Origin: Azospirillum sp.
GTDB lineage: Bacteria; Pseudomonadota; Alphaproteobacteria; CACIAM-22H2
Length of the DNA: 64,000 nt
Assembly: GCA_020249045.1 (NCBI GenBank)
Contig: JADCGK010000049.1
Location: 9,112-73,111 of the forward strand
Direction: 5' to 3'
The position numbers and the translations under genes are program-made. The notes beneath the pieces are model-generated. The model was not told where the DNA came from and made no database searches. It worked only from the letters and a program-made list of their open reading frames with translations. Positions 11,032-20,369 of the stretch are shown here, in pieces (the first letter of the stretch is position 1; each line of letters opens with the position of its first letter).

Positions 11032-12110
11032 CGTTCCACGATCTTGGCGGTTTGCGCCGCCCCTTCGCAAGAGAGGCCGAGGTCCGGGGGCGGTCGTGCG
11101 GCGTCCAATGCCGCACCCAGCGTTTCGGGCGAAAGCTCGGCTTCGGTTACACCGCATGCGAGCCCCCGACGCACGAACGCTTCGGCGCGGATCGTCTGCT
11201 CCCTTTCGTTGCCTTCGGCGAAGGGTACCAGCACGGCGGGTACGCGCGCGCGCAGCAGATCGACGCACGTGTTGTAGCCCGCTTGGCTGATCGAGGCGCG
11301 CGCGCGGGCCAGGAGGGCGGGAAAGTCGGGCCGATTGGCTTCGACGGTCACAAAGGGACCGGGCGTTCGCCGCGGCCCGGCGCCGTCGCCGGCCAGCAGG
11401 CGCCAGCGTTCGTCCGGCCCCGCGCGACGCGCGGCCAGGGCGAGAGCGGCGGCGAGCAGTTTTTCGCCGGCCGCGCCTCCGCCGACCGAGACGACGATCT
11501 CGTCGCGTCCGGCTTGCGCGTCGGTTGGCGGCGCACCCGCGATGGCGACATAACCCGTGTGGATCAAGCGCGCACCCAGGGACGCGAGTTCCGGGATCGC
11601 CGCCGTGGCGGGCAGGAACGAAGCGTCGCCATGCGCAAGTACGGCCGCGAAATCCGAGAGCGCGGCGAGGCGCGCGCCGAGTTTGGCGTCCGCCGGCCGT
11701 TGGGGCACGTCGCGGATCGACACCAGCTTGGGAATGGCGCGCGCGTGGTCGATCAAAGGTTCGAGCTCGAAGCGCAGCATCGCGCGGCCCAGCGGGTAAA
11801 GCTCGACCATCAGCAGATCGGGCGCGGCGGCGGCGTACACTTCGCGCGTGGCGGCCGCCCGCGCGGCGCGCCAGGCATCGTCGATCGGGGCGCCGCGTGC
11901 GTCGAGCAGGGTCTTGAAGCCCGCATCCTTCGCGCGGCAGGCGGGCAGCTGCACGAGCCGCGCGTGACCGAGGTCCAGCGGCAACGGCAATCCGCCGCTC
12001 GCCAGCGTGGTTTCGTGGCCGCGCGCGGCCAGCGCCTTGGCGATCGCGGCCATGCGCCGCGTATGTCCCGTGCCCAGCAGATGCTGGACATGGATCAGGA
12101 TTTTCGCCAT
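11022..12110 (-). CDS. Predicted glycosyltransferase, MurG/GT28-like (COG4671-type)
   Basis: Starts MAKILIHVQHLLGTGHTRR, a Gly-rich N-terminal loop as in MurG-like GT-B enzymes. 362 aa. A paralog of the gene at 36985-38244. Confidence 0.6.
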   Translation of the reverse strand: MAKILIHVQHLLGTGHTRRMAAIAKALAARGHETTLASGGLPLPLDLGHARLVQLPACRAKDAGFKTLLDARGAPIDDAWRAARAAATREVYAAAAPDLLMVELYPLGRAMLRFELEPLIDHARAIPKLVSIRDVPQRPADAKLGARLAALSDFAAVLAHGDASFLPATAAIPELASLGARLIHTGYVAIAGAPPTDAQAGRDEIVVSVGGGAAGEKLLAAALALAARRAGPDERWRLLAGDGAGPRRTPGPFVTVEANRPDFPALLARARASISQAGYNTCVDLLRARVPAVLVPFAEGNEREQTIRAEAFVRRGLACGVTEAELSPETLGAALDAARPPPDLGLSCEGAAQTAKIVERWL

Positions 12111-12694
12111 CGCCGCTTGAGCGCGAGATTGATTTCCACGAGCGTCGGCGCGCCGTCGGCGGCCACGCGCACCAGGTGCATCGCGTAGAGATCGAGTTTG
12201 TCGGGCGGATCCCCCGTCATGTCCCACCCGCGCGCCAGCGCGTAGACCGCGCGGAAGACGCCGCGATGGGTGACGCACAGCGTGTTGCGCCCGTCTTTGG
12301 CGATTTCGGCGAGAAGCGGCAAGACGCGGTCCAGGACCATGCGCGGGGATTCGCCGTTGGGCGGCCGGAAATCGAGGCCGCGCGCCTCATTCTCGGCGAG
12401 AGCCGGCCCCAATTCCGCGCGCATGTCGGCCATCGTGCGGCCTTCGAAATCGCCCCAGCTCATTTCGACCAGCCTCGGCTCGATCGTATGCGTCAAGCCC
12501 AGCAATTCGGCCGTTTGCCGGCACCGCACCAGCGGCGAGCACAACACGCGCCAGCCGTCGAATTCGTGCGGGATGCGGCGCGCCTTCAGGAATTCGCGGG
12601 TCCGCGGCGTCAACTCGATATCCGCGCGCCCTTGCAGGCGCTTGGCGCCGTTCCAAGCGGTCGGCCCGTGGCGCATGAAGGCGACGAGCGTCAT
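12095..12694 (-). CDS. Histidine phosphatase family protein (phosphoglycerate-mutase-like)
   Basis: Catalytic RHGPTAWN motif at the N-terminus (RHG signature). 199 aa. The start overlaps the stop of the upstream GT4 gene (ATGA). Confidence 0.75.
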   Translation of the reverse strand: MTLVAFMRHGPTAWNGAKRLQGRADIELTPRTREFLKARRIPHEFDGWRVLCSPLVRCRQTAELLGLTHTIEPRLVEMSWGDFEGRTMADMRAELGPALAENEARGLDFRPPNGESPRMVLDRVLPLLAEIAKDGRNTLCVTHRGVFRAVYALARGWDMTGDPPDKLDLYAMHLVRVAADGAPTLVEINLALKRRWRKS

Positions 12695-13782
12695 GCCGCC
12701 AGCCGCCGGAACAGCGCGTCGAGTTCGCGCGCGGCGACGTCGATGCCGTGCGCGCGCTCGGCCTTGGCGCGCGCCGCGCGCCCCATGCGCGCGCGCAGGT
12801 CCGCATCGTCGATCAACCGGGCGAGCTTGTCCGCGAAATCCGCCGTCGAATCGGGGCCCGCGAGCAGGCCGGTCTCGCCGTCGGCGAGGATCGATCCGAC
12901 CGCACCGAAATCGCCGGCGACGGCCGGCACGCCCGCGGCTTGCGCCTCCAACAACGCCATGCCGAAGGCTTCGTTGATCGCGGGCCAGACGAAGATGTCC
13001 GCCGTCGCCAGATCGGCGGCGAGATCGGTCTCGTCGCGGAGGCCCAAAAACGTCACGCGGTCGCCGAACCGCGCGAACATCGCTTCGACGACCGCCCGCG
13101 CTTCGCCGTCGCCGGCGATCCGCAATCGCCAGGGCCGGTCCTCGATCCGCGTCAGCGCTTGGGCGAGCAGCGCGAAGGAGCGCGCCTTGTCCCCCGGACG
13201 CATCATCGCGACCGCAAGAAGCCGGACATGCGCGGCCTCCGGCCGTCGCGCGCCCGGCGGCGGGCTCAGCGCCATGAAGGGCGCGAGCGCGACCCGCGCG
13301 CAACCGGCCGCGAGATGGGCGTCGAGCGCGGCGTCGTCGCGCGGGTTCAGGCTGACGACGGCTCGCGCGTGCGACAGGGCGTCCAGAACGGCGCGGTGGC
13401 CGATGTCCCAAGCCCCGCCCGCGCGCTTCATGGCGACGGAGGCCTCCGCCACGACGTAAGGAATGCCGAGCCGGCGCGCGATGGGCGGGCCCAAATGATC
13501 GGGCGCCTTGTAATAAAGGTGATAGGTCAGCCACAGATCGGGCCGCGGCTTGCCGCCGGCGTACCCCCGCAGCAATCGCGAAGATACGCGCGCGCCCAGC
13601 CGCGCCAAACGCGCCTGGCGCAAGGGATCGCCGCGGCGGTCGAAACTGCGCAAGCGCGACGGCCAGTCGACCGTGTGGCCGGCATGCGCGATCGCCGCGC
13701 CCAGCGCGCGGGCGACGCGCCGGTCCCCCGAAGGCGTGGGATCGTCGGGTGGTTTCAACGGGGCGTAGACGGCGATACGCAT
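12691..13782 (-). CDS. Glycosyltransferase family 4 (GT-B, RfaG-like)
   Basis: MRIAVYAP N-terminus and the C-terminal EAFGMALLEAQAAGVPAVA motif (the E-x7-E region of GT4). 363 aa. Confidence 0.8.
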   Translation of the reverse strand: MRIAVYAPLKPPDDPTPSGDRRVARALGAAIAHAGHTVDWPSRLRSFDRRGDPLRQARLARLGARVSSRLLRGYAGGKPRPDLWLTYHLYYKAPDHLGPPIARRLGIPYVVAEASVAMKRAGGAWDIGHRAVLDALSHARAVVSLNPRDDAALDAHLAAGCARVALAPFMALSPPPGARRPEAAHVRLLAVAMMRPGDKARSFALLAQALTRIEDRPWRLRIAGDGEARAVVEAMFARFGDRVTFLGLRDETDLAADLATADIFVWPAINEAFGMALLEAQAAGVPAVAGDFGAVGSILADGETGLLAGPDSTADFADKLARLIDDADLRARMGRAARAKAERAHGIDVAARELDALFRRLAA

Positions 13783-14963
13783 GGACGCAGCAACTCATAC
13801 AATCTGTCGCAGTTTTCGGCGAAGGGAAAGTCGCGCCGGACCTTGGCGCCCGCCGCCCGGCCCAGGCGTTCGCGCAGATCCGGATCGGCGATCAGCCGGG
13901 CCAACGCGGCGGCCAGCGCCGCCCGGTCGCCGGGCTCGACCGCGATCCCGCACGAATCGTCGAGGAAATCGCCGATCGATCCGGCCTTGGTCGCGACCAG
14001 CGGCAGATCCTGGCTCGCGGCCTCCATCAGCACGTTGGGCAGGCCGTCGCGGTCGCCGTCGTCGGTCACCTTGCTGGCGAGTGCGAACACGTCGCCCGCG
14101 CGCAGTGCCGCGAGCACGGCGTCCTGATCGCCCGCGCCGCGGAACTCGATGCGTGAGCCCAGCGTTTCGGCTTGCGCGACGAGTTGGGCCTTCATGGGCC
14201 CGCCGCCGACATGCACGAAGCGCCAATCGAGCGTGGGGTCAAGCATCGCCAATGCCGCGATCAAATCGTCGTAGCCTTTTTTGGGCACGAGCCGCCCGAC
14301 CGACACGATCGTGACCGGCGTGCGCGCGGCGCGCACCGGCGCATCGGGCCAGCGGGTCGTATCGAGGCCGTGGGGCACGTAGCGCACTTTGCCGGGGCCG
14401 AGTGCTTCCAGATGCGTAGCACCGGCTTTGGTGCAGGTCGCGCACCAAGCCATCGCGGCGAGTTTTCCGCGCTTCTCCCAGTCCGGCGTGGTCCAGATGT
14501 CCTTGGCGTGGGCGAAGGCCGACCAGGACAGGCCACGCATCGCCGCGGCGTAGCGCGCGACCGAGCCCGGCGTATGGATGAAATGGGCGTAAAGATGCGC
14601 GATCTCCGGCCCCATCTCGGCCGCCAGCACGCATGCTTGGAAAAAGCGGCGCGCGCGATTGGGCGTGGGATCGCGCGCCAGATCGGCGAGAAACGCCGCG
14701 CGTGCGGCCGGGTAGCCGGGCAAGCGGCGCGCCGTGCGCCAGCCGCGCCAGACGCGGCCCGGATCGTCCTTCAGATATTCGGGCAGATAGCGGACCGACG
14801 CCTTCAAGCGCTTGTGCAGTTCGTGGACCTTGCCGTCGGTCGGATGGCGCATCGACCAAAGATCGAGTTCGAGGCCGCGCGCTTCGAGGCCGACGAGCTC
14901 CTGGGCGACGAACGTCTCCGACAGGCGCGGCCAACCTTTGACGATGACGGCGAGCCGGGACAA
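13755..14963 (-). CDS. Glycosyltransferase family 4 (WcaL-like)
   Basis: N-terminal GWPRLSETFVAQEL resembles WcaL-type GT4 enzymes. GT-B C-terminal domain with the EAASQDLPLVATKAG motif. 402 aa. Confidence 0.8.
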   Translation of the reverse strand: MSRLAVIVKGWPRLSETFVAQELVGLEARGLELDLWSMRHPTDGKVHELHKRLKASVRYLPEYLKDDPGRVWRGWRTARRLPGYPAARAAFLADLARDPTPNRARRFFQACVLAAEMGPEIAHLYAHFIHTPGSVARYAAAMRGLSWSAFAHAKDIWTTPDWEKRGKLAAMAWCATCTKAGATHLEALGPGKVRYVPHGLDTTRWPDAPVRAARTPVTIVSVGRLVPKKGYDDLIAALAMLDPTLDWRFVHVGGGPMKAQLVAQAETLGSRIEFRGAGDQDAVLAALRAGDVFALASKVTDDGDRDGLPNVLMEAASQDLPLVATKAGSIGDFLDDSCGIAVEPGDRAALAAALARLIADPDLRERLGRAAGAKVRRDFPFAENCDRLYELLRPCVSPSTPR

Positions 14964-14973
14964 AGTGGCTCCG

Positions 14974-15537
14974 TCATTCCGCCGCCATCAGGCCGGTCCG
15001 CAACACGCTGTCGGACAGGACCGGATAGCGCTTCGAGTCGAAGAGTTGATAGTGCCACCACTCGCGCATGTAGAAATCCCACCCGGCCGCCGACATGATC
15101 CCGAGCAGGATATGGCGGTTGCGCTGGGCTTCGACGCCGATTTCCGTGTCGCCGTGATACGACAGCGGGGTGAACGCGTCGAACTCGGTGCCCATGTCGA
15201 GTTCGCGGCCGGTTTTCGTATCGACCAACGTCAGATCGACGGCCACGCCACGCGAATGGGGCGAACCGCGGCGCGGATCGGCGAGGAAGTCGGGATCGGG
15301 CCGGATGCGCCACAACGCCCACTGGGCTTCGGAGGGGCGGAACGCGTCGAAGATTTTGAGCGTGTAGCCGAGCGGCGCCGCAAGATCGATCGCGCGGCGA
15401 AGATTGCGCGCGGCGATGGGGTGCAGATAGGCCGCTGCCCGCGCGTAGACCGGTTTGCCGGTGAAGTTGCGCGCCGTCGCATAGGCGAGATCGAGTTCGA
15501 CCGGATAGTCGGGCGGGGCGATGGCGACGAGCGTCAT
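14974..15537 (-). CDS. ddpX: D-alanyl-D-alanine dipeptidase (VanX/DdpX family, peptidase M15D)
   Basis: DLAYATARNFTG, SEAQWAL, SPHSRGVAVDLTLVD and WEWWH motifs match VanX/DdpX zinc dipeptidases. 187 aa. Confidence 0.8.
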   Translation of the reverse strand: MTLVAIAPPDYPVELDLAYATARNFTGKPVYARAAAYLHPIAARNLRRAIDLAAPLGYTLKIFDAFRPSEAQWALWRIRPDPDFLADPRRGSPHSRGVAVDLTLVDTKTGRELDMGTEFDAFTPLSYHGDTEIGVEAQRNRHILLGIMSAAGWDFYMREWWHYQLFDSKRYPVLSDSVLRTGLMAAE

Positions 15538-15551
15538 GCCGCGTTTCTAGC

Positions 15552-16187
15552 ATGAAAATCCTCGCGCTCGATTCCGCCTTCGCCGCCGTCTCGGCCGCCG
15601 TATGGGCGGACGGCCGGTTGATCGCGACACGCCATCGTCCCCTGATCCACGGCCATGCCGAAGCGTTGCTGCCGCTGATCGAGGCCACGCTCGCCGAGGC
15701 GGGGCTGCGCGCGCGCGACATGACGCGCATCGCCGTCACGACCGGGCCGGGCCACTTCACCGGCTTGCGCGCCGGGATCGCCGCCGCCCAAGGTTTGATC
15801 GTCGCGACCGGTGCGGCGGCGGTGGGTATCGATTGCTTTTCGGCCGTCGCGGCCGCGATGCCCCCGGCCGAGCCGGACGAGCGCCGTTTGATCGCGTTCG
15901 ATTCCAAGCGCGCGGAGGCGTTCGTGCGGCTCGACGACGAAGTCGCCTTCGCCGCGTTGCCGGGCGATTTCGAAGCGCCGGGCGACGCGTTCGTGCTGGG
16001 CGGGGACCGGGCGCCCGAATTCGCCGCGCGCTTGCGCGCATTGGGCAAGCGCGCGCGCATCGCCCAAGCGCCCGCCTTGCCGCGCGCCGATCTGTTCGCG
16101 CCGTCGGCCGCGCGGTGCGCGCCGGTCGCCAAGCTGGTGCCGATCTACATCCACCCGCCCGCCATCACCCAAGAGAAGCCGCGATGA
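15552..16187 (+). CDS. tsaB: tRNA threonylcarbamoyladenosine biosynthesis protein TsaB
   Basis: MKILALDSAF start and YeaZ/TsaB-like Gcp fold lacking metal ligands, followed by rimI in the conserved arrangement. Confidence 0.85.
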   Translation: MKILALDSAFAAVSAAVWADGRLIATRHRPLIHGHAEALLPLIEATLAEAGLRARDMTRIAVTTGPGHFTGLRAGIAAAQGLIVATGAAAVGIDCFSAVAAAMPPAEPDERRLIAFDSKRAEAFVRLDDEVAFAALPGDFEAPGDAFVLGGDRAPEFAARLRALGKRARIAQAPALPRADLFAPSAARCAPVAKLVPIYIHPPAITQEKPR

Positions 16188-16645
16188 TCGAACTGCGCGT
16201 GGTCGATCGCGCCTATGGCGTCGTGCTGTCCGAACTGCACCGCGAATGCTTCCCCGACGGTTGGGGCGTGGCCTCGATGGACGAAGTGCTGCGCTCGCCC
16301 GGCGTCTACGCGATCCTGGCCGCCGACGGCGAAGCCGCCGCGGGGCTCGCGCTCGGCCGGCGCGTCGCGGACGAGGCCGAATTGCTCACCGTCGGCGTGG
16401 CGCCCGCCTTCCGGCGCCGCGGGCTGGGGTTCGCGCTGGTGCGGGCGGTCGCCTCGGTCGTGCCGCTCGCGCGCAAACTGCATCTTGAGGTGGCGGCCGA
16501 CAATCCGCCCGCCCTGACGCTTTACCGCATGATGGGTTTCGAGCAGGTCGGCCGGCGCAAGGACTATTACCGACGGCTCGATGGCCGCCTTGTCGACGCC
16601 CTGACCTTCGCCATCGAGCCCCGGAAAATCGCCGCCGTCGCATAA
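16184..16645 (+). CDS. rimI: Ribosomal-protein-alanine N-acetyltransferase (GNAT)
   Basis: GNAT motif A (RRRGLGFALV). Overlaps the tsaB stop (ATGA). Conserved tsaB-rimI pairing. Confidence 0.8.
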   Translation: MIELRVVDRAYGVVLSELHRECFPDGWGVASMDEVLRSPGVYAILAADGEAAAGLALGRRVADEAELLTVGVAPAFRRRGLGFALVRAVASVVPLARKLHLEVAADNPPALTLYRMMGFEQVGRRKDYYRRLDGRLVDALTFAIEPRKIAAVA

Positions 16646-16792
16646 TTCGACACCGTCGACGAGCGTCATCGTATCGCCATATAATAGCGGTACATCCCTG
16701 CGTGACCCCCCGGTCCCCGAGTCGCTTTGTGGAGCGCGCTTCGCATGGATGGTATGGCGTATTTCGATATCAGTCCCGGAGTCGTCCGACGC

Positions 16793-17269
16793 ATGCCGCG
16801 CCGTCTCGAAAGTTTGTGCATCGAAAAAGGGCTCAAGATGACCGGCCAGCGCCGGGTCATCGCGCGCGTGCTGTCCGAAGCGACCGACCATCCGGATGTC
16901 GAGCAGGTCTATCGCCGCGCCTCGGCCATCGATCCGCGCATTTCGATCGCGACGGTCTACCGCACGGTCAAGCTGTTCGAGGAAGCGAACATCCTGACCA
17001 AGCTCGATTTCGGCGACGGGCGCGCGCGCTACGAGGAAGCGCCCGAGGAACATCACGACCATCTGATCGACGTCAAGAGCGGCCAAGTGATCGAGTTCCA
17101 CAACGAGGAGATCGAGCGCCTGCAGCGGGAAATCGCGCGCCGGCACGGCTACGATCTGATCGGGCATCGGTTGGAGCTTTACGGCGTGCCGCTCGACCAG
17201 GCCAGCACCCGGGAGACGGGCAAGGACGCCGCGAAGGACGAAACCAAGGATCGGGGAGGCGCGCAATGA
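16793..17269 (+). CDS. fur: Fur-family metalloregulator (Fur/Mur/Zur subtype not resolvable from sequence)
   Basis: LESLCIEKGLKMTGQRRVIARVL (DNA-binding helix) and the HHDHLIDVKSGQVIEF metal-site motif. Start placed at MPRRLESLC. Upstream in-frame Met codons at 16727, 16745 and 16754 are alternatives. Confidence 0.8.
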   Translation: MPRRLESLCIEKGLKMTGQRRVIARVLSEATDHPDVEQVYRRASAIDPRISIATVYRTVKLFEEANILTKLDFGDGRARYEEAPEEHHDHLIDVKSGQVIEFHNEEIERLQREIARRHGYDLIGHRLELYGVPLDQASTRETGKDAAKDETKDRGGAQ

Positions 17270-18120
17270 GCGCCCAGAAGCTGTTCCTCGCCGCGATCGA
17301 GGCGGGGTTCCCGCCGATCCGTTCGGGCGATCTGGAAGTGCGGCTCGCCGCGACCCCGGCCGAGGTCGAAGCCGCGCAGCGCCTGCGTTATCGCGTTTTC
17401 GTGGACGAACTCGGCGCGAAGCCCGACGCCGAGGCCCTGCGCACGGGCCGCGACGCCGACAAATTCGACGGCTATTGCGACCATCTGCTGGTGCTCGACC
17501 ACGCCAAAGGCGACGGGACGGCCGCCATCGTCGGCACGTACCGATTGCTGCGCCGGTCGGTGGCGGTCGCGCATGACGGCTTCTACACGGCCACTGAATT
17601 CGACATTGCGCCCCTGGAGAGCGTGCCGGGCGAAATCCTCGAACTGGGCCGTTCGTGCGTCGACGCCGAGCACCGCAACCGGCCGACGATGCAGCTGCTG
17701 TGGAAGGGAATCGCGGCCTACGTTTTCCGCCACGACATCAAGCTGATGTTCGGTTGCGCCTCGCTGCCCGGCACGGACCCGCAGGTCCATGCGGCGGCAC
17801 TCGCCTATCTGCATCACAACCATCTCGCGCCCGAAGCCGTGCGCGCGCGCGCGCTGCCCGAACGCCATGTCGCGATGGATTTGCTGCCCGCCGCCGACGC
17901 CGCGCACGAAGCCGCGGCCGCGGCGTTCGACGCGCGCAGTGCGATCGCGGCCTTGCCGCCGCTGATCAAAGGCTATCTGCGCTTGGGCGGTTTCGTCGGC
18001 GAAGGGGCGGTGATCGACCGCGAATTCAACACGATCGACGTTTGCATCATCGTCGTCACCGACGCGCTGAGCGCCAAGTACCTCAATCACTACAGCCGCA
18101 CCGCCGGTCAGCCGGGCTGA
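17266..18120 (+). CDS. olsB: Ornithine-acyl-ACP N-acyltransferase (OlsB-like GNAT)
   Basis: A 284-aa protein with hemolysin-like/OlsB family features (LRYRVFVDELGA...GTYRLL). The start overlaps the fur stop (ATGA). An adjacent PlsC-type acyltransferase gives an olsBA-like pair. Confidence 0.7.
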   Translation: MSAQKLFLAAIEAGFPPIRSGDLEVRLAATPAEVEAAQRLRYRVFVDELGAKPDAEALRTGRDADKFDGYCDHLLVLDHAKGDGTAAIVGTYRLLRRSVAVAHDGFYTATEFDIAPLESVPGEILELGRSCVDAEHRNRPTMQLLWKGIAAYVFRHDIKLMFGCASLPGTDPQVHAAALAYLHHNHLAPEAVRARALPERHVAMDLLPAADAAHEAAAAAFDARSAIAALPPLIKGYLRLGGFVGEGAVIDREFNTIDVCIIVVTDALSAKYLNHYSRTAGQPG

Positions 18121-18124
18121 CGGC

Positions 18125-18970
18125 ATGGAAAATCCCGGCTCGTCGGCGCTGGCCGCGTTTCGTCTTGCGGCCTATCTGTCGCTCACTTTCGCGCTGATGC
18201 CGGTGCAAGCGCTGCTGCTGGCGGCGAGATCGCGCGCGGCGGGCCGTTTGCCGGTCGCCTATCATCGGCTTTGCGCGCGCATCCTGGGGTTCGATGTGCG
18301 CGTGCGCGGCACGCCGGTCGCAAGCGAACCCGCGCTGTTCGTCTCCAACCACATCTCCTATCTCGACATCACCGTGCTCGGCGGCGTGACCGAATTGTCG
18401 TTCGTCGCCAAATCCGACGTCGCCCAATGGCCGCTTTTCGGTTGGTTGGCCAAACTACAGCGCACCGTGTTCGTCGCGCGGCGGGCCGCCGGTGTGGACA
18501 AGGAGCGCGATGCGATCGCCCGGCGCTTGGACGGGGGCGGGCGGCTCGTGCTGTTCGCCGAGGGCACCACCGGCGACGGGAACCGCACGCGGCGCTTCAA
18601 AAGCGCGCTCTTCGCCGTCGCCGAAAGGCCCTTGGACGCCGCCCCCGTGGCCGTCCAGCCGGTGACGATCGCCTGGACGCGACTCGACGGCATGCCGCTG
18701 GGACGATTTTTGCGGCCTGCGGTGGCCTGGTACGGCGATATGGATCTGGCCCCGCATCTTTGGGCTGTGGCGGGGTTGGGCCGGATCGAGGTCGAGGTGA
18801 TTTTCCACGAACCCGTCACGCTGGCCCAGGTCGGATCCCGTAAAGCCTTGGCGCATCACTGCGAATCGATCATTTCGCGGAGTTTGACCCAAGCCCTCGC
18901 GGGGCGTGCCCCGGCCCCCTTGCCCGCGCCGGCGGGGCATGTCAAACACCCCGCCCCGTTGCACGCTTAG
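18125..18970 (+). CDS. olsA: Lyso-ornithine lipid O-acyltransferase / 1-acylglycerol-3-phosphate acyltransferase family (PlsC)
   Basis: NHISYLD (HX4D acyltransferase motif), FAEGTT motif and an N-terminal TM segment. Confidence 0.65.
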   Translation: MENPGSSALAAFRLAAYLSLTFALMPVQALLLAARSRAAGRLPVAYHRLCARILGFDVRVRGTPVASEPALFVSNHISYLDITVLGGVTELSFVAKSDVAQWPLFGWLAKLQRTVFVARRAAGVDKERDAIARRLDGGGRLVLFAEGTTGDGNRTRRFKSALFAVAERPLDAAPVAVQPVTIAWTRLDGMPLGRFLRPAVAWYGDMDLAPHLWAVAGLGRIEVEVIFHEPVTLAQVGSRKALAHHCESIISRSLTQALAGRAPAPLPAPAGHVKHPAPLHA

Positions 18971-19028
18971 GGGCTATCGCCCGCGCGCGGCGGCCTGTAC
19001 CATTTTGTCGGTTGGATCCTCGGGTCGC

Positions 19029-20369
19029 GTGAAAAAACTGCACATCAAGACCTATGGCTGCCAGATGAACGTCTACGACTCCGCCCGGATGGCGGATGTC
19101 TTGGCGCCGCTGGGCTACGCGCCGGTCGATGCGCCCGAAGGGGCGGATCTGGTGATCTTGAACACCTGCCACATCCGCGAGAAAGCCGCCGAAAAAGTGT
19201 TCTCCGAACTCGGCCGTTTGCGCCCCCTCAAGGACGCCAACGGCACGATGTTGGCCGTCGCGGGCTGCGTGGCGCAGGCCGAGGGCGAAGCGATCCTGGC
19301 GCGCGCGCCTTACGTCGACGTCGTGCTGGGGCCGCAAGCCTATCACCGGCTGCCCGAACTCGTGGCGCGGGCCGCGCGCGGCGGCGGGGCGGCGCTCGAC
19401 ACCGATTTTCCGGTCGAGTCGAAATTCGACCATTTGCCCGTCCCCGGCGCGGGCCAGGGGGTCTCGGCGTTCCTGACGATCCAGGAAGGCTGCGACAAGT
19501 TCTGCACGTTCTGCGTGGTGCCCTATACGCGCGGCGCCGAGTTTTCGCGCCCGCCCGCCGACATCGAACGCGACGCGCGGGCACTCGTCGCCGGCGGAGC
19601 TGCGGAAATCACGCTGCTCGGGCAGAACGTCAACGCCTATCACGGGCGCGACGCGGGCGGGGCCGAACTCGGCCTGGGCGCGCTCGTCCGGCGCTTGGCG
19701 AAGATCGACGGACTCGCGCGCATCCGCTACACGACCTCCCACCCGCGCGATATGGACGACGATATGATCGCCGCGCACGCCGATACGCCGGCCTTGATGC
19801 CGTTCGTGCATTTGCCCGTGCAGTCGGGTGCGAATCGCGTGCTCGAAGCGATGAATCGCGGGCATACGGCCGCGCGCTATCTCGACATCGTCGCGCGTTT
19901 GCGCGCCGCCCGGCCCGACCTGGCGCTGTCGAGCGACTTCATCGTCGGTTTTCCGGGCGAAACCGACGCCGAATTCGAAGCGACGCTCGACCTGATCCGC
20001 GCCGTCGGCTTCGCGCAGGCTTTTTCGTTCAAGTACAGCCCGCGCCCGGGCACGCCCGCTTCGTTGCTCGACCGGCAGGTGCCCGAAGCGGTCAAGGACG
20101 CGCGCCTGCAGCGCCTGCAAGCCTTGCTCAAGGCCCAGCAGGACGACTTCAACGCCCGCGCCGTGGGCGCGGTCGTGCCGGTCCTTTACGAACGCGCGGG
20201 CCGCAACCCCGGCCAGATGGTCGGAAAAACGCCCTGGCTGCAGGCGGTCCACGCCGCGTTGCCGGAAACCGCCGCGGGCAAAGTCCTGCCCACGCGCATT
20301 CTCGCCGCCGGCGCCAATTCGTTGGCCGGGGCGATTCCCGACTCCAACCCGGAAAGGCTGTCGGCTTGA
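19029..20369 (+). CDS. miaB: tRNA-2-methylthio-N6-dimethylallyladenosine synthase MiaB
   Basis: [17 protein letters not shown] (UPF0004 N-terminal Cys cluster), radical-SAM CDKFCTFC and a TRAM domain. GTG start at 19029 chosen. An upstream ATG at 18939 would add about 30 aa. Confidence 0.9.
   Translation: MKKLHIKTYGCQMNVYDSARMADVLAPLGYAPVDAPEGADLVILNTCHIREKAAEKVFSELGRLRPLKDANGTMLAVAGCVAQAEGEAILARAPYVDVVLGPQAYHRLPELVARAARGGGAALDTDFPVESKFDHLPVPGAGQGVSAFLTIQEGCDKFCTFCVVPYTRGAEFSRPPADIERDARALVAGGAAEITLLGQNVNAYHGRDAGGAELGLGALVRRLAKIDGLARIRYTTSHPRDMDDDMIAAHADTPALMPFVHLPVQSGANRVLEAMNRGHTAARYLDIVARLRAARPDLALSSDFIVGFPGETDAEFEATLDLIRAVGFAQAFSFKYSPRPGTPASLLDRQVPEAVKDARLQRLQALLKAQQDDFNARAVGAVVPVLYERAGRNPGQMVGKTPWLQAVHAALPETAAGKVLPTRILAAGANSLAGAIPDSNPERLSA

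Noticed and set aside
12095-13798. 567-aa ORF suggesting a large fusion protein.
   Set aside because: The frame merges the real 199-aa histidine phosphatase with an out-of-frame overlap of the upstream GT4 gene. The GT4 motifs are in a different frame (12691-13782).
16646-16792. Fur box in the fur promoter region (which contains a TATAAT hexamer at about 16687).
   Set aside because: No convincing 19-bp GATAATGATAATCATTATC-like inverted repeat is present. Only the -10 hexamer is visible, so no operator was annotated.
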